Assembly: GCA_963796055.1 (NCBI GenBank)
Contig: CAWCKH010000003.1
Coordinates: 576,001 to 640,000, forward strand
Length of the DNA: 64,000 nt
Source of the DNA: an uncultured delta proteobacterium
GTDB taxonomy: Bacteria > Myxococcota > Myxococcia > Myxococcales > Myxococcaceae
Direction: 5' to 3'
Under the pieces are notes generated by a model that did not search any database, was not told the DNA's origin, and saw only the letters and a list, made by a program, of their open reading frames with translations. The position numbers and the translations under genes are program-made. Of the stretch, positions 54,109 through 63,489 are shown piece after piece. Numbering within the stretch: the first letter of the stretch is position 1; every line of letters starts with the position of its first letter.

Positions 54109-55896
54109 ATGACCCGCCTCGCCGCTGGCCTGCTGTTCCTCCTCTGCCTCACCGGGAGCGCCCGAGCAGGGGCCATCTACCCCATCGATCGGGCGGCCGT
54201 GCTCGCCGGCAGCCGCTTCGATCTCAAGGTCGAGTTCGACCAGGTCGTTCCCGTGGAGAAGATCCAGGTGACGGTGGGCGGCCGCCCCGCCGAGGAGGTC
54301 TTCGGGCGTCCGGGGCTGTGGCTCGAGCGCGAGGACGGCAAGCCGGTCACCTCCTGGGTGCTCCAGGGGGCCTCGCTTCCCAGGGCCGGTCCGGTGGAGG
54401 TGGTGGCCTCGGGCGGCGGACAGACCCTCCGGGTGCGGTGGGAGGTCTACGCGACGGGTCCGCGCAAGGCGAAGAACGTCATCCTCTTCATCGGCGACGG
54501 ACTCTCCCCGGCGCACCGGACCGCGGCGCGGCTCCTCGCCCGAGGGATGAGCCAGGGCAAGTTCAAGGGCGTCCTCTCCTTCGACGAATTCCCGCACACC
54601 GGTCTGGTGGGCACCAGCGGGCTGGACTCGATCATCACCGACTCGGCGAACTCGATGAGCGCCTACACCACCGGGCACAAGAGCGCCCTGAACGCCATGG
54701 GTGTCTACGCCTCGCGGGCGGAGAACGACTTCGAGCACCCCCGGGTGGAGAACCTGGTCGAGCTGGTCAAGCGGCGGACTCGCATGGGCGTGGGGGTGGT
54801 GACCGACGCCGAGGTCGAGGACGCCACGCCGGCGGCGATGGTGGCGCATACCCGGCGCCGTGCACGGAAAGCGGAGATCGCCCCGATGTTCCTCGACGCG
54901 GGGGTGGACGTGCTCCTCGGGGGAGGACGGGCGTACTTCCTCCCCGCGGGGACGCCGGGAAGCAGGCGCCACGACGGGCTGGACCCGCTGGCCCGCCACC
55001 GCGACGCGGGGTACCCGCTGGTCACCACCGCGCGCGAGCTCGGTGCCGCCGCGTCCCGCCCGGACACCCGGAAGCTGCTCGGGCTCTTCCATCCCGAGAA
55101 CATGGACGGGGTGCTGGACCGGAAGTACCTCAAGAAAGGGACCGTTCCGGAGTACCCGGACCAGCCGGACCTGACCGAGATGACGCGGTCGGCGATCGAC
55201 GTGCTCTCGCGCAACCCGGACGGCTTCGTGCTGATGGTGGAGGCGGGGCTGATCGACAAGTACAGCCACAAGCTCGACTGGGAGCGGGCAACGTGGGACA
55301 CGATCATGCTCTCCAACGCGGTGCAGGTGGCCCGCGACTTCGCCGCCCGACGGAACGACACACTGATCCTCGTGACCGCCGACCACACCCATGGGCTGTG
55401 CATCGTGGGATCGGTGGACGATTCGGCCTCCGGGCCTCCCCGGGAGCGCATCCGCACCTACGCCGAGGCGGGTTTCCCGAACTACCCGGCCCCCGACGCC
55501 GATGGCTACCCGCCCCGGCCCGACGTGAGCCGCCGGCTGGCGGTGTTCTTCTCCGACACGCCGGACGTGTACGAGGGCCGCGAGCCCTCCTTGAACGGTC
55601 CTCGCGAGCCGACCGTGCCCGCCCCGGACAAGAAGGGCTTCGTGCCGAACCCTGCGGAGAAGAGCGCGCAGGCACCGCTCGCCGAGGGCAACCTTCCCCG
55701 CACCGCCGAGGGCGGCGTGCACACCATGGACGACGTGGTGATCGACGCGTTCGGGCCGGGCTCGGAGCGGGTGCACGGATTCATGGACAACACCGAGGTC
55801 TTCCGGGTGATGGCCGAGGCGCTGGGGCTCGGCCGTGCTGGCCCGCCGGCGACGGCCCGGGCATCGGCCGGCGCAGCAGCGGGGGCGGCCCACTGA
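54109..55896 (+). CDS. Alkaline phosphatase (PhoA family) with extra N-terminal beta domain
   Basis: NVILFIGDG, ITDSANS (catalytic Ser), DATPA, VEAGLIDKYSH, TADHTH, VHT. Confidence 0.92.
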   Translation: MTRLAAGLLFLLCLTGSARAGAIYPIDRAAVLAGSRFDLKVEFDQVVPVEKIQVTVGGRPAEEVFGRPGLWLEREDGKPVTSWVLQGASLPRAGPVEVVASGGGQTLRVRWEVYATGPRKAKNVILFIGDGLSPAHRTAARLLARGMSQGKFKGVLSFDEFPHTGLVGTSGLDSIITDSANSMSAYTTGHKSALNAMGVYASRAENDFEHPRVENLVELVKRRTRMGVGVVTDAEVEDATPAAMVAHTRRRARKAEIAPMFLDAGVDVLLGGGRAYFLPAGTPGSRRHDGLDPLARHRDAGYPLVTTARELGAAASRPDTRKLLGLFHPENMDGVLDRKYLKKGTVPEYPDQPDLTEMTRSAIDVLSRNPDGFVLMVEAGLIDKYSHKLDWERATWDTIMLSNAVQVARDFAARRNDTLILVTADHTHGLCIVGSVDDSASGPPRERIRTYAEAGFPNYPAPDADGYPPRPDVSRRLAVFFSDTPDVYEGREPSLNGPREPTVPAPDKKGFVPNPAEKSAQAPLAEGNLPRTAEGGVHTMDDVVIDAFGPGSERVHGFMDNTEVFRVMAEALGLGRAGPPATARASAGAAAGAAH

Positions 55897-55955
55897 GGGT
55901 CTTTCCGGTGTGACTTTCGAGCGCCGGGCGCTGGGCTGTCGTATAGCTTCGCGGA

Positions 55956-56582
55956 TTGGGTTCTCACCCGTCGCACGACCACCACCAGCACCTCTCCCAC
56001 GTCCCGGCGTCCCGGGTGGCACTCGCCGCGGGCATCACCGTGCTCGCCGGCGGGGTCGAGCTCCTGTTCTCGAAGACCAGCGGGAGCCTGTTCCTCCTCG
56101 CGGACGCGGTGCACCTGCTCGCCCACCTGGGCATTTTCCTCGTGCTGCTGATTCCTCCCGGCCGGCTGCATGGGGCGAGCGAGGACCTGGGCGCGGTCGT
56201 CGTCCTGGTGATGGTGGTGGCGATCGCCGGCTGGCTGGTGTGGATCAGCGTGAGGCACTTGATCGCTCCGCCGGAAGCGCTGCCGAATCCGGCGGCGATG
56301 CTGGTCTCCGTCCTCGGGCTCGCCGCAAACACCTGCTCGGCGCTGCTCTTCCAGAAGCCGGCGGCCACGCACTTCTCCTTCCGCGCAGCGCTGGCCCACG
56401 AGCTGTCCGACGGCGCGATGACCCTCGCCGGGCTCGTCGGCGCCGGGTGCATCTCGCTGTTCGGCTGGCACTGGGTGGACCCGACGCTCAGCCTGGTCAT
56501 CGGCAGCTGGCTGGGGCTCTGGGCGGCGCGCCTGCTGGTCCGGAGGGCGCTGCGGGGCCCCGAGGTCTTCTTCGACCACTGA
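55956..56582 (+). CDS. Cation diffusion facilitator lacking the cytoplasmic C-terminal domain
   Basis: His-rich N-terminus, SGSLFLLADAVH, GLAAN, AALAHELSD, WVDP; TTG start. Confidence 0.8.
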   Translation: MGSHPSHDHHQHLSHVPASRVALAAGITVLAGGVELLFSKTSGSLFLLADAVHLLAHLGIFLVLLIPPGRLHGASEDLGAVVVLVMVVAIAGWLVWISVRHLIAPPEALPNPAAMLVSVLGLAANTCSALLFQKPAATHFSFRAALAHELSDGAMTLAGLVGAGCISLFGWHWVDPTLSLVIGSWLGLWAARLLVRRALRGPEVFFDH

Positions 56583-56738
56583 ACAGGTGGTGCTTCGGGA
56601 ACCCAACAAAACCAGGTCGTTGTGAGCTCACGCAATGGGGCTGCTTCGAGATTGATTTTGCGAGGCGTTCTCAAGTAAATGGGCAACGAATCCACCCTCC
56701 GGTGTCCTCCCCCTGGACGACCACGGTGGAGGACGAAG

Positions 56739-57233
56739 ATGCAGATTCAAGGCTCACCGCTGTTGCCCGACCTGACCCGGCTGATCACCAAGGCCCGCCG
56801 CACGCTGTACGTCGTCGCCGCGCGGGAGCTGGGAACCCGTGGTGAGGAGATCTCCGCCTGGATCGTCGCCGCCCGCCTGATGGAGCGGCGTGCGGCGAGT
56901 CAGAAGGACCTCGCGGAGATCACCGGTCAGCATCCGGCGGGGATCTCCCGCCTCCTCGACGAGATGGACCGGCGGGGCCTCACCGCCCGCGCGCTCGACC
57001 CGCTCGACCAGCGCCGGCGCCTGGTCACCCTGACCGCCGCCGGGCGCCGCTGGCACCGCAAGCTGGAGCCCCTGGTGCTGCGGGCGAGCGAGAACGTCCT
57101 GGGAATCCTGACCCTCACCGAGCAGCATCAGCTCCGCGGACTGCTGCGCCGGATCGGCGAGCCACAGCTGGTGCAGGGCCCGGGAACCGGTGACTCGGCG
57201 GCGGGCCCGCGGCGTCGCCGCGCTCAACGCTGA
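56739..57233 (+). CDS. MarR-family transcriptional regulator
   Basis: SQKDLAE, ISRLLDEMDRRGL..R..DPLDQRRRLVTLTAAG; RBS GGAGG. Confidence 0.92.
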   Translation: MQIQGSPLLPDLTRLITKARRTLYVVAARELGTRGEEISAWIVAARLMERRAASQKDLAEITGQHPAGISRLLDEMDRRGLTARALDPLDQRRRLVTLTAAGRRWHRKLEPLVLRASENVLGILTLTEQHQLRGLLRRIGEPQLVQGPGTGDSAAGPRRRRAQR

Positions 57234-57439
57234 TCCGGCTTGCCGGGACGGTGGCGGGCAACGAACCACGAGAGGTAGGCCCCGAGCAGCACCGCGACCG
57301 ACAGCCCAGTCACCCCGAGTGCTTGCCAGTCCCCCCGCGCGGGCCCCTCCGGCCGGGACAGCCCGAAGATCGAGACCCCGATGCACACCACCAGCGCGGA
57401 GGTGATGACCACGCGGTGGACGGTGGAGAGCCGGACCAA
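57224..57439 (-). CDS. Small two-TM protein ending the oxidase operon
   Basis: RBS AGGAGAGG then TTG; HRVVITSALVVCIGVSIFG and LGVTGLSVAVLLGAYLSWF. Confidence 0.65.
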   Translation of the reverse strand: MVRLSTVHRVVITSALVVCIGVSIFGLSRPEGPARGDWQALGVTGLSVAVLLGAYLSWFVARHRPGKPDQR

Positions 57440-57453
57440 GCGCCTCTCCTCGC

Positions 57454-58395
57454 CTATTGTGGACCCTTGGGGGGAGGAGCGGAGCTCGCCAGCCGCGCCT
57501 TGAACGCCAGGGCCTGCTCGGTGTCTCGCATCCGGATGAGCGATCGGACGTAGTAGGCGAGAGCCCAGATGTCCCGGCTCTTGTCTGGGAGGACCTGGGG
57601 GTCCCACGCCGGCATCGCCGCGCCGGTCACGCCGGCGACGAGGATCCGGTACAGGTCGTTGAGCTCGGTGCCGGGCTGGATGGAACGGACCGGGTTGAGG
57701 AGGAAGTCCGGGGGGAGCAGCTTGACGGTCTTTCCGTCGGGGGCGGTGTAGTCGCTGTCCTTCAGCTCCGGCAGGTACATGTCGGGGCGGAAGTCGGTGG
57801 TGGGGTGGCCGCTCAGCTGTTGCGAGGCGGCGCTGATCTCCTCCGGCGTGGCGTAGGCGGGGTGGCAATTCAGGCACTGGGTGTAACCGTGGTAGAGGAG
57901 CTTCCCCCGGGCGATCGCCGCGGCCTCGTTGCCTGGCCCCCACGGGTCCGGAGCCGGTACCACCGGCTCCCCCACCGCATCGTCGTCCTTCCAGGCATCG
58001 GACAGCGTCTTGATGTACTGGATGATGGCGTGCAGCTCCCGGTCGGGGACCTCCCATCCCAGCATCGCCGTTCCGTGCAGGTTGCTCCGGACGATGCGGA
58101 CCAGGTCCTCGTCGCGGGGGAGCTTCTGCTCGAGCACGCCGGCGAACTTGAACTCCCCTTGCGTGAAGTTCCGCGGCGGGGGCCGCAGCCCGGGGGCGGA
58201 GGGGCCGTCGCCCTTCCCCTGCTCACCGTGGCAGGCACGGCAGTACTGGAGGTATGCGGTCCGGCCGTCGTTCAAGGTCGAGGCGGGGACCATCTTCCCC
58301 GCCAGCTTCATCGGCGCCTTGAACGGCCGGGTGTTCTCCTTGCTGCTACAGGCGGCGAGCAACAGCGCCAGAGCGCCCGCGGTCAGACCTCGCAT
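57454..58395 (-). CDS. Diheme cytochrome c lipoprotein
   Basis: Lipobox LLLAAC; CRACH and CLNCH; Met ligands in GTAM and GAAMP. Confidence 0.9.
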   Translation of the reverse strand: MRGLTAGALALLLAACSSKENTRPFKAPMKLAGKMVPASTLNDGRTAYLQYCRACHGEQGKGDGPSAPGLRPPPRNFTQGEFKFAGVLEQKLPRDEDLVRIVRSNLHGTAMLGWEVPDRELHAIIQYIKTLSDAWKDDDAVGEPVVPAPDPWGPGNEAAAIARGKLLYHGYTQCLNCHPAYATPEEISAASQQLSGHPTTDFRPDMYLPELKDSDYTAPDGKTVKLLPPDFLLNPVRSIQPGTELNDLYRILVAGVTGAAMPAWDPQVLPDKSRDIWALAYYVRSLIRMRDTEQALAFKARLASSAPPPKGPQ

Positions 58396-58398
58396 CGG

Positions 58399-59001
58399 TC
58401 AGCCTCCGCCCCAGCCGGCGAAGATCGCCGGGAAGAGGATGAGCCACACCCCGCCCACGAAGTGCCAGTACTGGGTCCAGAGGCGGAGCTTCAGATGACG
58501 CCCCGGCTGGATCGCTCCCCTGACCGCGGCCACCAGCACCGCAGCGAGCCCGCCGAGCCCCACCGCCGCGTGCAGCGCGTGGAAGCCGCAGAGCCCGTAG
58601 ACCGCGCCCCCGAACGCTCCGGCGTCCCAGCGTACCCCGGCATCGGCCATCCGGAGGAAGAGCAGCACCTGGCTGACGAGAAAGCCGACCCCGAGGAGCA
58701 GTGCCGCGACCAGCGCCCCGCGCATCGGCCCGAGCCGTCCCCTGCGGACGGCCCGGAGGGCGAGCTCCAGTCCGAGGCTCGCGCCGACGAGCAGGACGGT
58801 GTTCCCCACCGCCCAGCGCACCGGGAGCGGGCCCACCTCCTCGGGTGGCCACATCGGGCTTCGCCAGCGCACCACCCCGAGAGCAAAGAACAACCCGGCG
58901 AACATCATCGCCCAGCTCCCGAGGAAGAGGAGCATTCCCACCCGGGCGGTGGCCTCGTCGCGGGCGTGGGGCGAGCGGTAGGGGAGGACGCCGGAGGTCA
59001 T
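58399..59001 (-). CDS. Heme-copper oxidase subunit III-like protein (copy 2)
   Basis: GMLLFLGSWAMMF, NTVLLVGAS, GFHALH, YWHFV. Confidence 0.88.
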   Translation of the reverse strand: MTSGVLPYRSPHARDEATARVGMLLFLGSWAMMFAGLFFALGVVRWRSPMWPPEEVGPLPVRWAVGNTVLLVGASLGLELALRAVRRGRLGPMRGALVAALLLGVGFLVSQVLLFLRMADAGVRWDAGAFGGAVYGLCGFHALHAAVGLGGLAAVLVAAVRGAIQPGRHLKLRLWTQYWHFVGGVWLILFPAIFAGWGGG

Positions 59002-59008
59002 CGCTGGC

Positions 59009-60805
59009 TCACCCGCGCGCCGGCGACGCCGCAGGAACATCGCGCTCGTCCGGGAGCACCTCCGCCTGGCCGATCCAGTCGCGGCCCAGGCGCTTCCGCA
59101 CCTCGGGGCTGCTGAGCTCGTGTGGTCCGCGGCGGACGATGGGGAGGTGGTCGAAGTTGTGGATCGGCGGCGGCGAGGGGACGGACCACTCGAGCGTCCC
59201 CACCTGCCAGGGGTTGGCCTCGGCCTTCGGACCGCGGAACATCGAGTGGAGGAAGTTCCAGATGAACGCCAGCTGCCCGAAGAAGAGGGCGAACGCGGCG
59301 TAGCTGGTCCAGCGGTTCAGCGCCCGGAGCGGCTGCAGGTACTGGTAGACGAACGGGTCGTAGAGCCGCCGGTGCTGTCCCGAGTAACCGGCGAGGAGCT
59401 GTCCGCCGAACACCAGCGTCAGGCCGACCACGGTGAACCAGAAGTGCACCTTCCCCCAGCGCTCGTTGGTCAAACGCCCGAACATCTTGGGGTACCAGAA
59501 GTAGATGGCCGCGAAGCTGGCCATGACCGAGGCAGCGGCCATGGTGAAGTGGAAGTGGCCGACCACGAACATCGTGTCGTGCAGGTAGAAGTCGGGGGCC
59601 ACCGCCCCCAGATACAGGCCGGTCAGTCCTCCGAAACCGAAGACGAAGACCATCCCCAGGGCGAAGAGCATGGGGGTGGTGAGGCGGATCGAGCCCTTCC
59701 AGATGGTCCGCAGCCAGTTGAGGAACAGCAGCTCTGCCGGGAAGCTGATGATCAGGGTCAGCACCATGAAGGTCTGGCCGAGCAGCGGGTTGAGCCCGGT
59801 CATGAACATGTGATGTCCGTAGACCACCGCGCTGAGCGCGGTGACCGCCACCATCGCCAGGACCGACCCGCGGTACCAGTTCGCGGGCCGGCGGGCGAAG
59901 AACGCGACCAGGTCACCGACCACGCCCCAGGCAGGGAGGATGAGGATGTAGACCTCGGGGTGGCCGAAGATCCAGAACAGATGCTGGAAGAGGATGGGGT
60001 CTCCCCCGCCCTGGGTCGCCGCGCCTGCCAGGTAGAACTGGGTGCCGAGCATCCGGTCCAGCAGGAGCAGGAGCGCCGCCGAGCCCAGCACCGGAACGAA
60101 GAGCACGTTGAGCACCGCGGTCAGGAACAGTCCCCAGACGGTGAGCGGCATCCGGAAGTAGGTCATCCCCGGGGCCCGGAGCCGGATGGTGGTGGTGATG
60201 TAGTTGATGCCTCCCATGATGCTGGAGACGCCGGTGACGAAGATCGCCAGCACCATCAGGGTCTGACCGGAGCCCGGCGTGCCCACGTTGGTGGAGAGTG
60301 GGGCGTACGTCGTCCACCCCGCCCCCGCGGCGCCCAGGTCACCGAAGAACGAGCCCACCACCAGGCACAGCGCGAGGGCGAACACCCAGAAGCTGAGCGC
60401 GTTCAGCCAGGGGAAGGCCATGTCCCGCGCGCCGATCATCAGGGGGATGCAGTAGTTCCCGAACGCGCCGATCAGGATCGGGGTGATGGCGAAGAAGATC
60501 ATGATCAGCCCATGCATGGTGAACACCTGCATGTACTGGCCGGGGCCGATGGCCCCACCGGAGTCGCGGAGGAAGATCTGCCCCAGCACCGGCACCGGCC
60601 GCCCGGGGAAGGCCCACTGCCAGCGGATGAGCATGGCCAGCGTGCCGCCCACCAGGAAGAAGATCAGCCCCGCCCACAGGTACTGCTTGGCGATCACCTT
60701 GTGATCGAGCGACCAGATGTAATTGCGAAAGAAGGTGTTCGGCGGATGGTGAATGGGCTGGAGCGCCTCGGCCAATTCCAGGTTCACCTGCTCCTCGGCG
60801 ATCAT
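59009..60805 (-). CDS. A-family heme-copper oxidase subunit I
   Basis: TMHG, RDMAFP.LN (D-channel), WIFGHPEVY, GHHMF, HDT, GHFHF, RR. Confidence 0.95.
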   Translation of the reverse strand: MIAEEQVNLELAEALQPIHHPPNTFFRNYIWSLDHKVIAKQYLWAGLIFFLVGGTLAMLIRWQWAFPGRPVPVLGQIFLRDSGGAIGPGQYMQVFTMHGLIMIFFAITPILIGAFGNYCIPLMIGARDMAFPWLNALSFWVFALALCLVVGSFFGDLGAAGAGWTTYAPLSTNVGTPGSGQTLMVLAIFVTGVSSIMGGINYITTTIRLRAPGMTYFRMPLTVWGLFLTAVLNVLFVPVLGSAALLLLLDRMLGTQFYLAGAATQGGGDPILFQHLFWIFGHPEVYILILPAWGVVGDLVAFFARRPANWYRGSVLAMVAVTALSAVVYGHHMFMTGLNPLLGQTFMVLTLIISFPAELLFLNWLRTIWKGSIRLTTPMLFALGMVFVFGFGGLTGLYLGAVAPDFYLHDTMFVVGHFHFTMAAASVMASFAAIYFWYPKMFGRLTNERWGKVHFWFTVVGLTLVFGGQLLAGYSGQHRRLYDPFVYQYLQPLRALNRWTSYAAFALFFGQLAFIWNFLHSMFRGPKAEANPWQVGTLEWSVPSPPPIHNFDHLPIVRRGPHELSSPEVRKRLGRDWIGQAEVLPDERDVPAASPARG

Positions 60806-61587
60806 TTCATCCTCGTGTGCTCTGCCCAGTCCCAGCCCCAGTGGGCCTCGGTGTCCTGGGGGTCGTATCCCTGCTGCGAGTTGGCGGAGGCGGCGGCCAG
60901 CCACTGTCGAAAACGAGCGGGCTCGACCACGTGCAGCATGCCCTGCATCTTGTAGTGGTTGGCGCCGCAGTGCTGGGCGCAGCCGATCTCGTAGTTCCCC
61001 AGCACCGCGGGGGTGAACCACATCCGGTTGATGGTCCCGGGCACCGCGTCGACCTTCATCCGCATGTTGGGGATGTTGAAGCTGTGGATCACGTCGATGG
61101 ACGCCACCTGAAACAGGCCCGGGGCGTCCTTCGGGAGGTACACCTCGTTCAGGGTGATGACGTCGTCCGGGGTGTTGAACTTGCCGTCCGGTCCGGCGTA
61201 GCGCACCTGCCAGGCCCACTGGTGGGCGTTGATCTCCACCCGCACCGCATCGTTCTGCTCCTCCGCCCAGTCGAAGTTCCAGTAGACGCGGTTGACCGCG
61301 ATCAGGGTCCGGACCAGGAGATCGCCGTCCACCACCACGAAGATCAGCCCTGCCACCCCCACGGTCCACAACCAGGAGCTCGGGCGCGCCCCGTGGTCGA
61401 ACTTCGCGGCATGGGTGGGGCCATGCTTGAGGATGGCCCAGCCCATCCAGCCGATCATGATCACGAAGATCAACGCCACGAAGAGCGAGGTGACGTTGAT
61501 CATCTCGTCGATCCGCCAGCCCTCCTTCGAGGCATCGAAGGGCAACCCGATCCCCAGCGGGCCGGCGGCGAGCAGGATCCGGCTCAC
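60802..61587 (-). CDS. Heme-copper oxidase subunit II (CuA)
   Basis: Two TMs, HQWAW..RY, DVIHSF, CAQHCGANHYKM. Confidence 0.93.
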   Translation of the reverse strand: MSRILLAAGPLGIGLPFDASKEGWRIDEMINVTSLFVALIFVIMIGWMGWAILKHGPTHAAKFDHGARPSSWLWTVGVAGLIFVVVDGDLLVRTLIAVNRVYWNFDWAEEQNDAVRVEINAHQWAWQVRYAGPDGKFNTPDDVITLNEVYLPKDAPGLFQVASIDVIHSFNIPNMRMKVDAVPGTINRMWFTPAVLGNYEIGCAQHCGANHYKMQGMLHVVEPARFRQWLAAASANSQQGYDPQDTEAHWGWDWAEHTRMK

Positions 61588-61748
61588 GGCTGCCCTCCTC
61601 CGGAGACCCGCCGGATCCCGAGGATGACCGCTCCGGCCACCAGGAACGGCGTGCCCAGCAGCGCGGGAAGGAGCACCAGCACCCCGGGGGAGGCGGAGTT
61701 GGCGGCGCAGGCCGGACAGGCAAGGAGCACCAGGTTCAAGAGGCTCAT
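61584..61748 (-). CDS. 54-aa CxxC membrane mini-protein (not in the ORF track)
   Basis: MSLLNLVLLACPACAANSASPGVLVLLPALLGTPFLVAGAVILGIRRVSGGGQP; ATGA and GTGA overlaps with both neighbours. Confidence 0.8.
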   Translation of the reverse strand: MSLLNLVLLACPACAANSASPGVLVLLPALLGTPFLVAGAVILGIRRVSGGGQP

Positions 61749-62053
61749 CGGAAATGCCTCCAGGCGGCCTCGGCGATCAGCACCAGCCCGTACATCGCGG
61801 CGATGATCCCGGGCGCTGCCGCCATGCGCCGGAGGGCGATCGTCTCCCGGGAGAGGTGCATGGTGTAGAGCGCGAAGTAGACCGCCTGGGCAAGGGCGAG
61901 GAGGAGCAGCAATACCACCGTCCAGCGGGCGTGGCTGGGCACGAGGGCCACCGCCACCTCGAGCACGGTCAGGGCCACCATCACCCCCAGCATCACCAGG
62001 TACTCGCGGGTTCGGTGCTGGCTCGTCGTGGCAGCACCCGCGGTGCTGCTCAT
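61745..62053 (-). CDS. Heme-copper oxidase subunit IV (CtaF/CyoD-like)
   Basis: YLVMLGVMVALTVLEV, MHLSRE; three TMs. Confidence 0.85.
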   Translation of the reverse strand: MSSTAGAATTSQHRTREYLVMLGVMVALTVLEVAVALVPSHARWTVVLLLLLALAQAVYFALYTMHLSRETIALRRMAAAPGIIAAMYGLVLIAEAAWRHFR

Positions 62054-62691
62054 CACGGCACCCCGGTGGGGATGAGGTAGACCAGGACGAAGACCAGGTT
62101 CCAGACCAGGTCCACGAAGTGCCAGAACAGCGCCACCAGCTCGACCTCTCCGGCCCGCGCCACGCCCCGGGCGGTGCGTCCGAGCACCGCCAGAAGGTAG
62201 ATCACCCCGGCGGTGACGTGCAGCCCGTGGAAGCCGGTGATCACGTAGAAGGTGCTGGCGTAGGCCGACCGCCCGAACACCAGGCCCTCCTTCATCAGCC
62301 CGGGATGGAGGATCCCGATCCACTCGGCGTACTGGCCGGTGAGGAAGAGCACGCCGCCCAGCGCGGTGATCCCCAGCCAGAGCACGGCCCGGCGACGATT
62401 CTCCTGCAGGGCTGCGTCGTGGGCGACGATCACGCTGATGCTGGAGGCGATGAGCACCAGGGTCAGCAGCGAGGTGAAGGGGATGTTGAGCCCCGGCTCG
62501 CCGGGGTGCCGCCACACCGCACTTCCTGCCCGGAGGATGCCGTAGGCCAGCAGCAGTCCGAAGAAGGAGAGAAAGTCGGAGAGCAGGAAGACCCACATCG
62601 CCAGCTTGGCCGGGTTGGCCCTGCCGAACTGGGCGTCGGGCGGCCAGCTGGCGGTGATCTGCGGGTGGACGTGGGCGTGGGCGGTGGTCAT
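62053..62691 (-). CDS. Heme-copper oxidase subunit III-like protein (copy 1)
   Basis: KLAMWVFLLSD, LIASS, FYVITGFHGLHV, FWHFVDLVW. Confidence 0.92.
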   Translation of the reverse strand: MTTAHAHVHPQITASWPPDAQFGRANPAKLAMWVFLLSDFLSFFGLLLAYGILRAGSAVWRHPGEPGLNIPFTSLLTLVLIASSISVIVAHDAALQENRRRAVLWLGITALGGVLFLTGQYAEWIGILHPGLMKEGLVFGRSAYASTFYVITGFHGLHVTAGVIYLLAVLGRTARGVARAGEVELVALFWHFVDLVWNLVFVLVYLIPTGVP

Positions 62692-62704
62692 CGACTCCCT
62701 GGGT

Positions 62705-63478
62705 TCAGTCCTTCTGACGGAGCGTGTGGAGGAAATGCACCAGGTCCCAGGCCTCCTGCGGCTTGAGACTGTCGGCGAAGGACGGCATCGGCGTGCCGTT
62801 CACCCCGGTCATGAAGGTCCGGTAGAGGTCGATGTCGGTGTTCCCGCACTTCCGGGCGTCGCTGCTGGTGAAGTCGAACGGGGTGATGTGGTGACCCCAG
62901 TCGTCCATCAGCGTGGGGACCGAGAGACCGTTGCCCTTGCCCTCGGGGCCGTGGCACTTCGCGCACTGCATGTTGGCCCACACCACCGCGCCGCGCTTCC
63001 GGGACTCCTCGCTGTCCGAAGGCTCCGCTGGGATGGTGATGGGCTGTCCCGGCGCCTCTTCCTTCCACTTGGGAGAGAAGGTCTTGATGTACTCGATGAC
63101 CCCGCGGAGGTCGTAGTCGCCGAGCACCTCCCAGGTCGGCATGTACGTGTGGTAGATGCCGACCCGCTCGGTCCGCATCAGGTCCTCGTCGGTGGGCAGC
63201 GTGCCGCTGGGAGTCGAGCGGCACTTGAAGATCCCCGAGGTGAAGTCCCGCGGCATCGGGTCCAGCCACTGCGCAGAGTAGCCCAGGCCGTCGCCCTGGG
63301 CACCGTGGCAGCTGATGCAGAACCGCTCGTAGATCGGCTTGCCGCGGTTGACCAGGCCCTGGTCGATGGGGACCGGCGGTCGGTCGGCCCCGCCGCCCTG
63401 ATCGGCGGCGGGGAGCAGGGTCAGCGCAGCGAGAGAGCCGGTGAAGAGGAGGAGAGATCGGAGCGAGCGCATGGTCAT
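62705..63478 (-). CDS. Periplasmic diheme cytochrome c
   Basis: Signal peptide; CISCH and CAKCH; PRDFT..FKCRST; TYMP and TPMP Met ligands. Confidence 0.92.
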   Translation of the reverse strand: MTMRSLRSLLLFTGSLAALTLLPAADQGGGADRPPVPIDQGLVNRGKPIYERFCISCHGAQGDGLGYSAQWLDPMPRDFTSGIFKCRSTPSGTLPTDEDLMRTERVGIYHTYMPTWEVLGDYDLRGVIEYIKTFSPKWKEEAPGQPITIPAEPSDSEESRKRGAVVWANMQCAKCHGPEGKGNGLSVPTLMDDWGHHITPFDFTSSDARKCGNTDIDLYRTFMTGVNGTPMPSFADSLKPQEAWDLVHFLHTLRQKD

Positions 63479-63489
63479 GTTCCTCCGGC

